NCBI GenBank assembly: GCA_030141605.1
Contig: JAQGDQ010000282.1
Span: 1 to 64,000 of the forward strand
Direction of reading: 5' to 3'
DNA: 64,000 nt
DNA from: Tubiluchus corallicola
Taxonomy: Eukaryota > Animalia > Priapulida
Shown: positions 1-14,200 of the stretch, one piece after another
Layout of the letters: each line of letters begins with the position of its first letter
Numbering within the stretch: position 1 is the first letter of the stretch
Position numbers and translations under genes: made by a program
The notes under the pieces: generated by a model
Told to the model about the DNA's origin: nothing
Seen by the model: the letters and a program-made list of their open reading frames with translations, nothing else
Databases searched by the model: none

Positions 1-221
1 GCCAGTATACATGCGTGTTGTTAGTTTTATCAACTTTACCCCTTTTGCAAAGTTGCTCTTTTGTTTTCAACTTCTTTGTTTTCCCGGTTGCGCTCATCTT
101 TCTAGTTACAACCTCGTTGCTTTGCGAGTTATAATAAAGTTGTTAAATTTATTCTTGTCGTCTTGGTGTTTGAGACAAAGCTGGTACATTCTTTAATTAA
201 CGGCGTGGTGGCTGCCGGTGT
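1..221 (+). mobile_element. Probable 3' part of a 5' LTR plus primer-binding-site-like sequence of an LTR retrotransposon
   Basis: AATAAA near 133, then ...GGTACA (188) and TGGTGGCTGCCGGTG (206-220), directly upstream of a gag-like ORF. The second LTR is not in the window, so the boundaries are unverified. Confidence 0.4.
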
Positions 222-407
222 GATTACGAACTACGTACTCAGAAAAGCCAGTGGACCTTATAATTGGTTTGTCGAGAGTGTACATGCATCTGTCTAAATC
301 CAACCAGTCAGCTTATTCCATAGCTGTAAAGACGTAAGAATTCAAATTTATCAGCGCAATTTTCGAAAGAACTAGTATTAATAAACACCCTCAATTTGTG
401 TTAGAAT

Positions 408-1529
408 ATGGCCACTACTCGTGCTCCAAAACAGTGGTGTCTGACAAAACAAGAGACAATTACATCATTTGAAGCATGGCGCCAAAATTTGCAATACACT
501 CTATCGCTAGATCAGAATTTTGCAGAATTTTTAGTTGAAGGTGCGACCTGGCATAAGAAAACAAATGCAGCACCTTTACGAGGTCTGCAAGATGATGATG
601 AAAATGTTCCCATTGCAAACCGCCGAACAGCCGCACAAAAGACCACTCATCTGGACTTAATGCTGCGACAGATTGCCAACTATTGTCCGATTATTTCTAG
701 AAATTCCATTGTCAAAAACTCAACATCATTGACTAGTATATGGCAAACAATTAGACAGCACTTCGGATTCCAAACAACAGGTGGTCATTTTTTGGATTTT
801 AATAATATTCATATGCAGCCAGACGAACGTCCAGAAGATCTTTTCCAGCGTTTAAATAGTTTCATTGAGGATAACCTCTTACGCGCTGCAGGTGGTATAC
901 AGCATCACAGTGAGAATCCAATTAGTGATGAGGAAATTACACCTACCTTAGAGAACCTAATCATTCTGACTTGGCTTCGACTTTTACATCCTGGGCTACC
1001 CAGCTTAGTCAAGCAAAAGTACGGTACAGAGCTAAGATCAAAAACACTTGCCTCACTGAAGCCAGAAATTTCATTGGCACTAGATTCTTTGCTAGAGGAA
1101 CTTCAGGCATCAGCCGATGCTAAAGTGTTACGCACAGCCTTCCAACAGTTTCCAGCTTATTCCAAATGCAAACAGCCGTTGATTCGGAAAAAGCAACCGC
1201 GTCGTTCAACAAAAATTTGCCCGTTATGCAAACAAGCGGGTCGTGCTAAATTTCAACATTTTCTCAGTACGTGCCAGTACCTACCAGAGGAAGATAAGGA
1301 ATATTTCGCCAGAGCCCGTCAGACCATCAGCTTTGAGGAAGACTACAGTCAAGACAGTGCAGATAGTTGTCATAACATTGACACAACAGAGCCTGACGCC
1401 GGTGACGATGATGAGTGTGCTTCCCATAATCTCCGTTGTGTGTCTACCGCACATCGAGTCAGCACAAAACAATCTCCTCATTTGAAAGTTTTCTACAAAC
1501 ATCATCCAATCAGCAAGCCACTTCTGTAG
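408..1529 (+). mobile_element. Gypsy-like LTR retrotransposon gag ORF, truncated at the start of the protease
   Basis: Intronless 373-aa ORF. N-terminus RAPKQWCLTKQETITSFEAW is typical of a marine-invertebrate LTR element gag; CCHC knuckle CPLCKQAGRAKFQHFLSTC. The ORF ends after ...SPHLKVFYKHHP, where a D(T/S)GA protease motif would be expected, and no pol follows. Confidence 0.75.
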
Positions 1530-2127
1530 TTGAAACACAAGGTCACTGCTTTTGCCTTCAGACATTAATAATACTGGATTATTTATTACTTATTTACAAG
1601 TTTTGGAACAGCAGTTTTACAGTTGTGACTGGTTTAAATTATACAGGCATGGTTTGCAACAGGACCTACAGTAATAATAGTTTTATTTTACCGTGAATTG
1701 TGAAACCAGTAGGTAACGAGCCTTTGGTTATTACTAGGAAATTTCAAAGTCTCACTAGGTTTAAATATATGTATTTAAACTTTACTTACAGTGAGATCTG
1801 ATACTACGAGTTTTTGCTCATTGTGAGGAAATTTGGCTGCACTGTGATTGTACTTTACCTATATATAGCAAGCATGAGTTATAAAACAATGGGCATAAGG
1901 GCACTATTCACCAAAGGTAAAAGATCACTGTGCACGGTGCATAGAACGATGTATATCAAATACAGCACATGCAGTCGTGCTGGTCATGCGTCATGATGTA
2001 TAGCAACTGGAAAGGTTAGAAAGAGCCAAATTTATTGTATGTGTCTCCAGCTAATAAAGACTTAGACAAGCATCCGCTGAATCAAAATAAATGCGAGAAA
2101 TTATAGTTTTTTTGTATCACAACTGGA

Positions 2128-2204
2128 ATAAAATTAGTTTCCAATGCCTTGGCATAAAACTGAATATATAAATTTTATGCCAAGGCATTGGAAACTAATT
2201 TTAT
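2128..2204. repeat. Perfect 32-bp inverted repeat with 13-nt spacer
   Basis: ATAAAATTAGTTTCCAATGCCTTGGCATAAAA (2128-2159) is the exact reverse complement of 2173-2204. Confidence 0.9.
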
Positions 2205-2663
2205 GGTTACTTTGGTTAGTATAAAAGTATTTAGCAGAAATTTAAATCATATTTTTTACATTGTCTAGAACTTTCTATTGATAAAGCTGTATATATAATT
2301 GTTGTGAAGGAACATGTGCACATTCCATTGAGGTCTATAATAAAATGAGCAGGTACAAACTACTGAACAGCCTGCCTACTGTAAGTAGGACAGTTGATTT
2401 CTGAATAGATTATACATTCTGCCGAATTGTTATTTCTGTATGCATGTATGGTAGTTACATAGCAGCAATATCTGGTCACTTGCGATTTCACAACCTTCGC
2501 TTTCCGAAAGTATAGGTACCCTATACTCATTTTTTGACTATTTCACTCGAAAATGCTTTTAAAATCTTACGGCATTCATTCTTAAATGATTTGGTAATAC
2601 ATTGTATATTGTATATCACAAGAACCTTTTTTCATTTATAGATCATTCAGTGTTTGACTGGTG

Positions 2664-3233
2664 ATGTTTAGTACCAAAGAACATCTTAAAAAGAAAACTG
2701 GACCATACGGTGTTGGGCGTCTTTCTTACCTGCAGTTGCTCGTGAATGAATTTCAAGAAGTTACGGATGCTGACAGCAGGCACCAGATTCTTGCAAATTT
2801 GGCAAATTTCAGTTATGATCCGATTAATTACGAATATTTGAGACAGCTCAATGTCATCGAACTATTTCTGGATTGCCTTACAGAGGCCGACGAAAAAATT
2901 GTTGAGTTTGCAATTGCCGGTATTTGTAATTTGTGCTTAGATGAAAAAAACAAGTCCCACATTTTCCGAAACGATGGTATAACTTTGGTCATTGGATTGC
3001 TGTTGAGCGGAAATGAAAATGTGCTCACGCATGCCATTACAACATTGATTTATTTTGCAAATACATCTCAATTAGGGAGAGATGTTTTGAACTTTGAATT
3101 GTTACAGCGCATGCTAAAGTTTCAAGCATCTGCGAATGGAATCTTGGGTAATTTAGCAACGGTTTTCATTGAAGATAATTACACTGCTGAAGCTATTAAT
3201 CAAGTCAAAGCAAGTCTTGGCAAAACCATTTAG
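2664..3233 (+). CDS. ARMC7: Armadillo repeat-containing protein 7, single coding exon
   Basis: [31 protein letters not shown]...[32 protein letters not shown]...[14 protein letters not shown] matches ARMC7 family signatures. ATG at 2664, preceded by a pyrimidine tract and AG acceptor (~2641), implying an upstream UTR exon. Confidence 0.9.
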   Translation: MFSTKEHLKKKTGPYGVGRLSYLQLLVNEFQEVTDADSRHQILANLANFSYDPINYEYLRQLNVIELFLDCLTEADEKIVEFAIAGICNLCLDEKNKSHIFRNDGITLVIGLLLSGNENVLTHAITTLIYFANTSQLGRDVLNFELLQRMLKFQASANGILGNLATVFIEDNYTAEAINQVKASLGKTI

Positions 3234-5212
3234 CATTATAATTAAAGTGGTAAGTTTTAAATCTGCTGCATTATCATCATACAGTTTCTTCACATTTTTA
3301 CTAGACTTAGATAAGTTGTTAAACATGTAATTTGTACAATTCTCAACTTCTTCATATAGCAATAATGCTATCAGTTTGGTACAGTATTTTTCAACATATA
3401 AGTTGCTCTTTCTTCAGCAAAAACCATGCTAAAAGCAGCTTGCGTCTTATATGCTAAATACAGAGGCCTAACGTATGCAACGACTTTTATTATTATTACT
3501 ACATTTGTAATATGCAAATAAGTGTTTTTTATTATTGATAGTACAATTGACACATCATTCTTTTATTATGCACGAAGTTCCAAGCTGAAAACACGTTAAA
3601 CTTTTGAATTGCATTTTATATGACAGCTTTTATCGTGCGTGGAATAAATGACCAGCGCTTGCCCATGTAAGCTCATAACTTTGTACCCCAGCAACTATCA
3701 GCCACCTCCTATCGTACTCACTGATGACCTCGCTATGGCCGTAAAAATTAGACAAGTCTCTGTCAGGGCACAGCAAGGTTTACTAAATCTTAGTAAAACC
3801 CAATGACACCAAGGGAAGACCTCAGTGCGACCTTAAAAAATTGGCCAGGTCTCTGTCAGTACGCAGTGAGGTCTTCTAAATCTTAGTAACAACACAATTG
3901 AAATGGCTAGGGATGCGCTGTGGTTTTGTAAGTTTGACGCAGAAAAATTTTGAGCATGTTCAAAGTCCTTGCCGCAAGATCGTGGAAGCAATAGATCACA
4001 ATTTAGGCATGATTCGAATTATCATCGAGAAATTCTTTATTTCGCTGGGTCTAGGTGGGCCTTCATTGTTGTCATCCGATGTGAAGGGGGCTTAAATGTG
4101 AGTGGTTACTTGCGCTACCTTTGTCAAAATGAAAACCATTCATTTGTAAGAAGTATTCCTTAGAAATTCTGAAAATTTTTGAATGAAAGTAAAAGTGAGC
4201 TCCTCTGCACATTTACTGGTAAGTTTGGGATTTTGTATTATCGTAGTGTAGTCACTATTAGATTAAAACATATAATGTATATTTTAAGCCTATTTAGAAA
4301 TAATCACATATATGCATCTTTTGTTACAACTAGCGAAAACATGACCAACCTTAGGCCCAACTGAGGCCTAAAACTTTGGTTGCTTAATTTTGCCTAGCAA
4401 AATCGATGGTGCATCATAATTGACAAAAAGCATAACCAACGATTTTTTGTTATTTTGTATTAAAAAATAATGTTTTTGACGATGACTGCTAATGTAATAA
4501 GTGTATGGTCTTTACATAGCTGGTTAAGCGATCATCTGTTTTTTATTTCTGTGTTCATGGATATCTCAGAAAGTTGTGAAACATTTTGTAGATTTTATTG
4601 TGAATCTAGCACTATGTTTTCTGGGAACTTAAGAATATTTACTGATGATAGATTGGGAGACAGAAAAATAGTGAAATCAATATTATTAATAACTAGTTTG
4701 AGATTTCAGAACTATTGTTAATTAAGAACAATTAATCCTTGTTTGTAAAATACACGTAGTAGCTTCTTCTTTTGGAGACTATGTTAACTGACATCATATT
4801 TCGACATTTTTAAATGCTTGTTGCATGGCAAAAGTTTCTGTAACATGGAGGGAAGTTATTTGTGTTTGAATTTTCTGACATTTATACGCACCATCCTGTG
4901 CAGGAAAGATTTTTACTGGGTATCTTTAACAGGTCTGTTACTCTTCTTATCATTGGTCAAATAAAACTTAGCTGGAACAAGGTTTATTTACAAAGTACGA
5001 GTTGGTGCTTGTGATAGGTATAGCTATGTTTCTGATAGTGCAGCTGTTTATAGTTTATATACAAATGATTTCCTAGTCTATGGTACAAAGCAATGAGCTT
5101 TTCCCATTCCATTTTATGTGGAACTGGGTTGGCAAACTAGCAATCTCTCTATTTTATTTATTGCAGTGCAATAGTTGAAGAGGTTTCTCTAAAATTTTTA
5201 GCCCTCTGAATA

Positions 5213-8200
5213 ATGAAGACTGTTATGCGTCATTCACTTTGTAGACATCAGGGGCTGAGTCGTTTATACAGTGGGTAAGTTGTTTACCTTTTTTAATAGT
5301 CTTTCCTAACTTGAACTGCTGATTAACACTGACATCTAACAGCCCTGAGTTACTCCAATGTCTCACTTGCTATGAGACAAATAGGGTTATAAAAGTACAA
5401 GTGGTTTGGTAGGGGTAGTTGACCTCAAATGTTCTACTGCTTATTAAGAATAGAATGTTGATAAAAGGAACAGTCTATTTTTTTTCAACTACACATCTTG
5501 CTTGCCAAAATATTTTCTTAAAAATGTTTTTTTACGTTTAATGTTGAGTAAAATACTTTTAATGTTGAAAAAAATGTGAAATTACAAAATTTCAAGTTTT
5601 TCTCTGTGCAAAACAGTAAAAATTTTAATTTGTAGTTTAACTTGTGTATGGTAATTCTTTTAAATCAAAACAGCCAATGCCCCCTCAAATTATTTTTCTG
5701 TAATAGTGCTCAACACATGCAGAATACTAATTAAATTAACAACTGTTGTGGTTTTCCATGCAAATATAATTTAAATCCTAATAAAAAATGATTGGTTTAC
5801 AAAATTTTATTTTTCAGCATAACAGGATTTATGAGTGGCAGTGATTCTCCGCCGGAAATACCATCACAAGCTAGAGTTGTCATTTGTGGCGGAGGAATCA
5901 TTGGGACGTCTGTCTTGTATCATTTATGTAAATATGGATGGAGAGATGTCGTGCTGTTGGAACAAGGGCGGTATGTTATAAATTTCTTTTGAAATCTCTT
6001 ACAAAAATTTGTTATGTCAGGTGGCACAAAAAAATGTGCAGAAGTTTTGGTCACATTATACAAAGAAAACAATGGAGCCACTTGAAAATTACCACATTGT
6101 GTTACAGGCGTTTATGTATAAACATCAAAGTACACTTTCTCCAGATACCATAATCCAGAGGATTAAATCCCATTTTTATAAGAAATCTTTATTAGTGCTT
6201 TACTCTCTGTGGTGAAGACCAGTGAGGTAAACTTTATTGTCTTTATTGTTTTGCTGCCATGCTGTTTTTCAGTTTATGATTAGCTGCCATTGTTCTGTTA
6301 TTTAATTTTTTGGACAGTCAAAAGCTTTTCAACTGGAACTTAAAAACTGCTAAAACTATGAACTGTTACATATGAACTTGTAACTTTCGCAACCATACGT
6401 TAATGTAATATCATGCTGTGAAGTTTAACTTTGTAGGGCACTTGCATCTAATGCTTCTGGCTTCTAAAATTTGGCACACTTTTTGTGCCACCTGATATAA
6501 CATCAGGTTTATACTGATTTGGCTACACATTTGTAAAGACATTTGTGTAAGCATACCTTTGATGAGAAAAATTGAAGTGACATATGGACCTATAATCTAT
6601 TGTCTGTAATGATGCAGATTTTTTATTGTAATGTTATTTTATTATAAACATTGCAGCTGCCTAACATATTGCTAACTTGTATTTTATTTAGTGATGAATT
6701 GTAACTGTAAAATTGTTTACTTTAAACCTTTGGGTTTACTTTTGAATCTTAATTTCTAGATTCTAAATGTTTTTTGTGCATTTCTTGAACTTTGTGTTGT
6801 GTTAACTGTTACCATAGTTTTCTTCAATTAGTTTATTTGCATTTAACTTTCACAGGCATTGTTTAATATGTGCACACTGACAATTTTACAGGTTATCATG
6901 TGGCACTAGTTGGCATGCTGCTGGATTAATAGGCCAGGTTAAGAGTGGCTTATCCGAGTCTAAACTAGCAGTGTATTCAAGGCAGCTTTATAAGGAACTG
7001 GATGATGATGGTGAACCAACAGGTTGGCACATCTCACTATAGTGCTAGCTTTAACAAAGAATTTTTGTTCTTTGTTAAAACTGTAAAATTTTTAGTTATG
7101 CGATTTTATGAGAATCATCCATGTCTCAAGTTCGATTCGGATATTGTGTGTAGTTTTTTGTATCTGCATACATGCACATTTCTGCACAGAACTTAAATTG
7201 CATTTGTTAAATCTAATATGTAAGTTCAAATTTGAACCAGCCATGTTGAGAAATGTTGAATTTAAAAGGTTAAATTAGAAATTATTTTTATTTTTCACAT
7301 GGTAATAATATTAGATCGGTGTGGTGATGCATCAAAAGAACCAATATACAACTGTATTATAAATGTTATAAATATAGAGGCTCCTTAAAAGGCTTTGGTA
7401 GTGGTGGCTATATTTAAGAGGATGTCGGTTTTAGTGAGAGTTGCTATGCTTTTATTCCCAAGCATGTATTTGCGATGTATTTCTTTTAGACTTTTGTTTT
7501 ATTATTTGATTTTAAATGTTTTAGGATGGAAGCAATGTGGTAGTATCAGTTTAGCTCGAACAAGAGACAGGTTGGATACATTTCCAAGTCTAGTTACAAG
7601 AGCTAGGTGTGTTTAATATATGCACATCATGAATTTGCAGATATGTTATGTTGACATTGAAAGTATTATAGTACTTTAAACCAATTTATTCTAGCTTTGA
7701 GTGAGTTAAATGCTGCATCAAATTGTTCACTTGTTCTAACTAAAAAGATGGTGCTTTACTTTTAAAACTTGTAATATCGATTTCATTAACATTTGTGGTT
7801 ACAGTGATGTGCTACTGCTAGTAGAAAAATCCTGGATAGAAGTGGTTTTAATGAGCACCTGTTTCTGTCTGTAAATTAAAATAATTGCTTTTTTCCTTTG
7901 GCAGCACATTAGATGTAGAAGCATATATGATCTCTCCTCAAGATGTACAGAATCACCTGCCTTTTGTAAAAATTGATGATATTGAGGTAATTGTCTTTCC
8001 ATTATTAAAAGTGCGCGTGTCACTGTTAAAGTTTTTACATTTATTAAACAAAACAGGTCAATTCATTTAATGTTTTTTTAAAAAGACTGCTTTTTCTGAC
8101 GTTGTCACAAAGAGTATCAGAAAATTTCTTAGTACACGCGATCAGTTTTTTAGCAGATAGGTAGATTTTATTGTCAGTAAAAATCGTACAATTGACAAGC

Positions 8201-11200
8201 AATTGAATATACTGTTTGTACAGCGACAAATAATGTGGCAGCATACTATTCAATCATTTATGATGACTGACTGGTATGCTGCCATATTGTATGCCACAGT
8301 ATACATTGTATAGTCAATTGTATGAACAGATTCAGAAGTTCAGAATTTGCAGCTGAACAATCAAAATTATTTTTTGTCATTTGTTTATATTTCATTATTC
8401 TGTTCGGCTTGAGCTGCATACTCTATTTAATTCAGTATAAATAATTTGCTTTGATATAAAAAACTATCTTGAATTTTTTGGATCAACAAATTCCTGTCGC
8501 CTTCCTAATAAGCAGATTCTTCTAAAGTTATGTGACGTTTTGGAATATGATTTTGTGAAGCTCATAATACAAATTTAGAGTTGAGATTTTTTGCGCTATC
8601 TCATGTTGAAGACATTTTGTTATTTCTGAGTTGCAAATATTCCTTTTTTTATCTTATGTGAATTTTATTCATTCTATTTATTTAATTTAAGTTGAAATTG
8701 TACATTTCATTTGGCATAGATTTTTTAAAGGTAAATTTAAATTCTGAAACGTTACTGTGCTTTTTTGGAAATTTAGCTTTGAAGAAATAATTATGCCATT
8801 TCTTTAATGAGAATTTAAGATTTTAAGAGAAGTAAAAGTAACATTAAAACTATGTATTGTTTTTAGGGTGGACTATTATATCCAACAGATGGCGTAGTCA
8901 GCCCTACAGACATAGTTTCAAGTTTTGCAAGACGAGCAAGACAAAATGGTACTTAAACTCCATAATTTCTAACTTGAAAATAAAAGTTGTCTTCTCCATC
9001 TGACAGTTGAGTTTTGCGCCTTAATTCTGTCACATTAGTGACTTTATTTACAAAGGAAAGGATTGTTGTTGAGATGTATTTTAATTTAGCTAAAGGAATT
9101 TTACTTTTTGAGATACACATAGACAATTATACATAGTAAGTCTTTAAACTGGTTTCTGTCATTCAAACTGTGTATTTAAATGTTGGAAACATCCTACAAA
9201 GAGTTTCCACCTCCATCATGCTGACAAGGTCAAAATATTCTAATGCTCTGTAGTTTGACTGCATACTTGGTTGGCTTAGTACAGTAACATTTTCTTTGGC
9301 AATCTAAATTATTTTGTTAAGATTGAAGCTGCCCCTTTAAAAGTGACTGAAGGCTTGTTAGCTGCAACAATGAATTGAAATTGGAATTGAAAATCTGACA
9401 CTTGCAGTTGCTCCGGAATGGAGTTCTAGTTAGGGTGACTTTAGCAGCTATCCAATTTTTTGTTGGCTGAGTAAACTTAGGTTAAAGTTCCGCGGTTCCA
9501 GGCACTGTGTGATATATGTTATGAAATGCCAACTTGTTAAGTCTATAAAATTGACATGCTTAAATGATATTGTTTAATCCGGCTTAACTGGAGTACCAGC
9601 CGTACTAATTTAACCCTATCTTTAAATGCCATTTTTACATTTTCACAGGTGGTAAGGTTTTCGAAGGCGTCAAAGTTGAGAAAATTTTGACAAAAAACTG
9701 CAAAGTTTCTCAGGTGCAAACGAACGCTGGCTCAATTGACTGTGAATATTTTATCAACTGTGCTGGCTTTGTAAGTTGTTAATTCTTATTTTACTGCAAC
9801 GCCAGTGATATCGCTTTTATGATTTCACAAAACTCTCCTAAACTCATCTTTGTATTCTATATATATAAACTTTGGTTATTTTGAGTGGATTTACAACACA
9901 GTAACTATTCCCGATCACAGTATTTCCACTATGTGCAGTGATGAAATATACTATTGGTTAGTTCGAGTATGTAATAAGTCATAATAGTTAATTCAAAAAT
10001 ACGACTAGTTCATTAGTTGACACTTAATTGAAATTTACGAAACCCGTAGAATAGATATGATAATAGAAACGATTCTCGAAGTACATAAGTCTATAAGCCC
10101 ATGCAAAGTATAAGTAGTACCTTGTAATGCACAATGTTGCTACTTAATTCAGAAATCCAATAGATGTGGAATTAATACAATTAGTGTAGTATTACAGTTA
10201 TTACAGCAATACATATAGTTGTTTCTAGCATAAGTCGTTAATTAATGAGTGCTTGATTGAGAGACAGTCTACATAATAACTTAAAATACAATTATATGTA
10301 CAATTAGTTAACAAAACGTTTAGTGGATTTTATGTAGTTCTGCAACAATTTAAAGAAAATGCCACTGGATGGCTGACCTGATCTGAGTTTATGAAAAATG
10401 TTGTTGTATATAATAGCAGGTCTAGGGTTGGCGTTATTTGTATTCCAAGTGTGCATTACTGTTTTTCGTCTTAAAACACGAAATATAGGTGCCATTTTCC
10501 AGCATTTTTCTCTTTTGAAAGTTTGGTACCTTAAGTGGCATGTTAAGTACTAGTTGCTTGAGACTGTATATGTTTGCTGAATGTAAAGGTGATAGGTTGG
10601 TTTATTGCATTCAGGTGCAAACTAATGGAAGTGCGGCTTTATTTGTTTAGTGGAGTCATAATCTGGGACGTGACGGTATTCCCGGCAAGAAAGTCCGTGT
10701 TCCACTGCATCCGGTTGAACATTTTTATATTGTAACTAAAGAGCTGGAGGGAATCCCACCTATGATGCCTGGTAAATTTTCTTAAAAATGTATTAGCTAG
10801 CACTGTAAACATACCAGAGATTACATACAAGCCAATGCTAGCCTCAGATGCTACTCTTGAAGCTGAATAAAACTACTGTTGTTTGGTTTTAGATTAACAT
10901 AAAGGAAGATAATTGTGATTCTTGTAGATATTTTAAAAACTCTATCACCAAATAGTTCATTTTTTTGTATATTTGATTAGCCAAACATGTTAAGTCATTC
11001 CTCAAAGAGAATTTTTGTTTATGTTTCTGCATCTCACAAAGTATTTACTTTGATAGCAAGGTTAGTGACAAGAGAATGACTGTAATTGTTAATCTAGGTA
11101 AAAGAACTTGCTTTGAGAAAAATATACTTTTTGCAATAGTGTCTTTGTCTCGATAACACTTATTGTAACTTTTCTAACATAAAAGAAGTTGCTAATTTCG

Positions 11201-14200
11201 TAAATGAGTTTCTTTGTGTTATTAAACTTTTTTTTATGTATTTAGTGATAAGAGACATGGATGTTGGAACTTACTTTCGTGAATGGTCGGGTGGACTCAT
11301 GTGCGGGGGATTTGAGAAAGTAGCTAAACCAGTCTTTCATGACAAAATACCAGATGAGTTTTATTTTCAACTTCTTCCTGAAGACTGGGATCATTTTCGT
11401 AAGTAGTTTTTCTGACACGTTGTAGCTTTCTTACGTTATGTTTTTTTAAATAACCAGAACATTTATTTAGTGGCACCTAAGGCCTTATATTGTACAACAT
11501 TGTAAAGATAATTAAATGAACTTGTAATTTTCTGTTTTTCCTCTTTCCTGTCTGTTGTGCCTTCTGTTTGTGCTCTGTATCATTTTAAAAGCTGGAATAT
11601 TCTTTCTGACATGGATCACATATATGTAATTGATCATATCACTTTCTATATGTAATTGATCACATTTATGCTAATAACGTACAGTAATTGCCACTTAATA
11701 GACTCACGGTTAATTGACTCAAATTACCTGGTACAGGCTGCTTCTATTAAAATGTACATAAAAACTGTCGGTAATTGACTCAAATAATTCCGCATAACCG
11801 ACTCAATATTTTTGCTTCACTTCACATTCAATAAGACACTTTTCATGTGACTGATAAGCTTTCATGACTTTTATATCATCTTAGTTCACTTTTGTCCTAT
11901 AATATACATATAAACAATCATGTTAAGTACCGATTTGTTTGTAAGCAGGGACGTTTATCATGCGCTAATCATGCTAGCCTAAAGGTTTGCTTTGACCCGC
12001 CCATCCACTGCAATTAGCCTCGTTACCCAAGAATTCCTGAAAGCTAAACATTTAATCACTTGTCTAGCGGTTTGCTTTAGAAGCTCTCGTTGTCTTTCCC
12101 AGAAAGTTTAATTAGTTTACCGTTGCTGTTATGCCAGGGATGCAGGTACAGTACAGTTAGTACATCACAATAGCAAGCGGGAGCTTACAGACGAAGCCAC
12201 ATGCGGGGAAATACTGTCACCACCAACAACAACAGTTTTAAATGTTTTTATTATTATGAGAACTTTCTGACCCAACTTGTCACAAAAAATGAATCAGCCG
12301 ACCTTAAACGTATTTCCATTATTTTTGCGAATGAACAGACTTGCGTGATTTAGAAAAGTATATTTTTTAATTTATTGCTAAATCACTTATATAAATTACT
12401 ATTTTAAAATATTTTTTCTAATTTTTAGCTGCACAAAGGAATTTAGGCATTACTTCACTTCTAATATTATTAAAACCCTTTGCAGTGCATAGTAAGCTGA
12501 GGACTCATACTTCTATACCAGTAATACTACACCCATCATTTAATAGGTTCAGTCGGTTAATTGGGTCAAAACACTTTGGTCACAAAGTGAGTCTATTAAG
12601 CGGTGCCTACTGTATTTAATGTCAATTTTTCAGGTGTTTAGGATGTTTCTGACCATCTCCCAGCTGTACTTCATTTAACACTATAGGTATACAAAGTAAG
12701 GAGCAAAAAAAGATTACAATTCGAGACTTTAAAACTTCAATAAGATTCAGCTTAACCGTGAGTCCACAATCTATTTCAAGAAGAACTCTATTGATTAGGC
12801 TCCTACAACGCTGACGAAAATTCTCAAAATTCATTAACTACATATTAAGATGTGCATAACTTTATCAAGGAAACGTACTAACCTTCACAGTAAGCCATTG
12901 CTTACAATTTGTGTACTTAAGGTAGTAGAATTGGAATGTTGTAATCCCATAACATCAATATCAATACTTTCCAGAAATGAAACACAAACAGTTCTCAAAC
13001 AAAAATAACTGATATAATGGACATTGCTAATTATTGTAAACTATTAATTGCTAATATAATAAAAAAACACAAAGAAAGTGTGGATAACAAATAATTAGTA
13101 TCACTATCATGTAATAATTATTCAATAAATTTTTTATCAACTGTTAATCTATTTATTAGTATGAAACTTGTGTTAGAAGAAATGTTACACTTCTTATGAC
13201 GATTATTTTTTGATTCCATTTTGTTTATCAGATTTGGCATTTATCTGTTGCAGAACCAATGTTGGAAGAAATGTTGCATCGAATTCCTATGTTAGTAAAT
13301 GCTAAGGTGAGACACATGACAAATGGTCCAGAAAGCTTCACACCCGATGGAAAGATCATTTTTGGAGAAGTGCCAGAGGTAATGAATATAACGATGTATG
13401 AGTGTGATTTACGTGTTTTGAGTTTGCTCACGTTAATACATTTTATGGAATTAATGAGCACGAAATCCACTGAAACCAATGATTCTTAATCACATTATAG
13501 CCCTCATAGAGAAAAGCTGTTATTAGGCAATTGAAAAACTTTTTAAGGCTAATCTAGTACTGTTTAAAATACTTGTACCTGTAAGCATGTACACTTTTAC
13601 TTGTAAAGCATTAACAGCCAAAATTGTAAGCATGTGCAGTCGTAAGCATGTACAGCTGTACTTGTAAGTATTTTTAAATAATAGATTTTAAACTTGCTAG
13701 AAATTGACTGCTGAACTTCAGAATTTGTTTTCATTATTCAGAAGTTTTGTTTCATGTGAGAATGAAGCAATATGGGAAATCTTAGCTACCAGATCAACAG
13801 CTGATGCTATTGAATCATGCTTGGACTGTTGTCTGATGAAATCAACTTGACAACTGTCTTTAAATTGTATTGAAATTGGGATGAGTGGACCACAGTCATG
13901 CGGACTGGATAGGACAAGGTCTACAACTTTTTTTGTGGATCAGATCATACTATGGATTTATTATTGAAAATAAGGAAAATAGGTGGACCAGATAAAAAAA
14001 TAATAGCGAACCGGATCTTTAGAGTTGTCATTTATTATCGATGTTAATCCGCAACTATGATGATGCACATCGCGGGGAAATGCACTCCATGTTTAGCAAA
14101 TGAGGCTTTATTTTCTCGTGATATTACCTAACATTGTTCCCGTCTTAGTGATAGAGTACTGACTGCAAAACAGCCCAAAATATTTTTATTTAATTTTAGT

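Noticed and set aside
3721-3748. CTGATGA hammerhead-like start
   Set aside because: No matching GAAA core or convincing stems.
2641-5166. Operon or trans-splicing hypothesis for ARMC7 and PDPR1, since both coding starts follow acceptors
   Set aside because: A plausible separate promoter and donor for PDPR1 exists near 4000-4100; ordinary 5' UTR introns explain the pattern.
13170-13190. TGTTAGAAGAAATGTTACAC resembling the start of exon 13254
   Set aside because: Only ~20 nt with no usable splice sites; at most a decayed micro-duplication.
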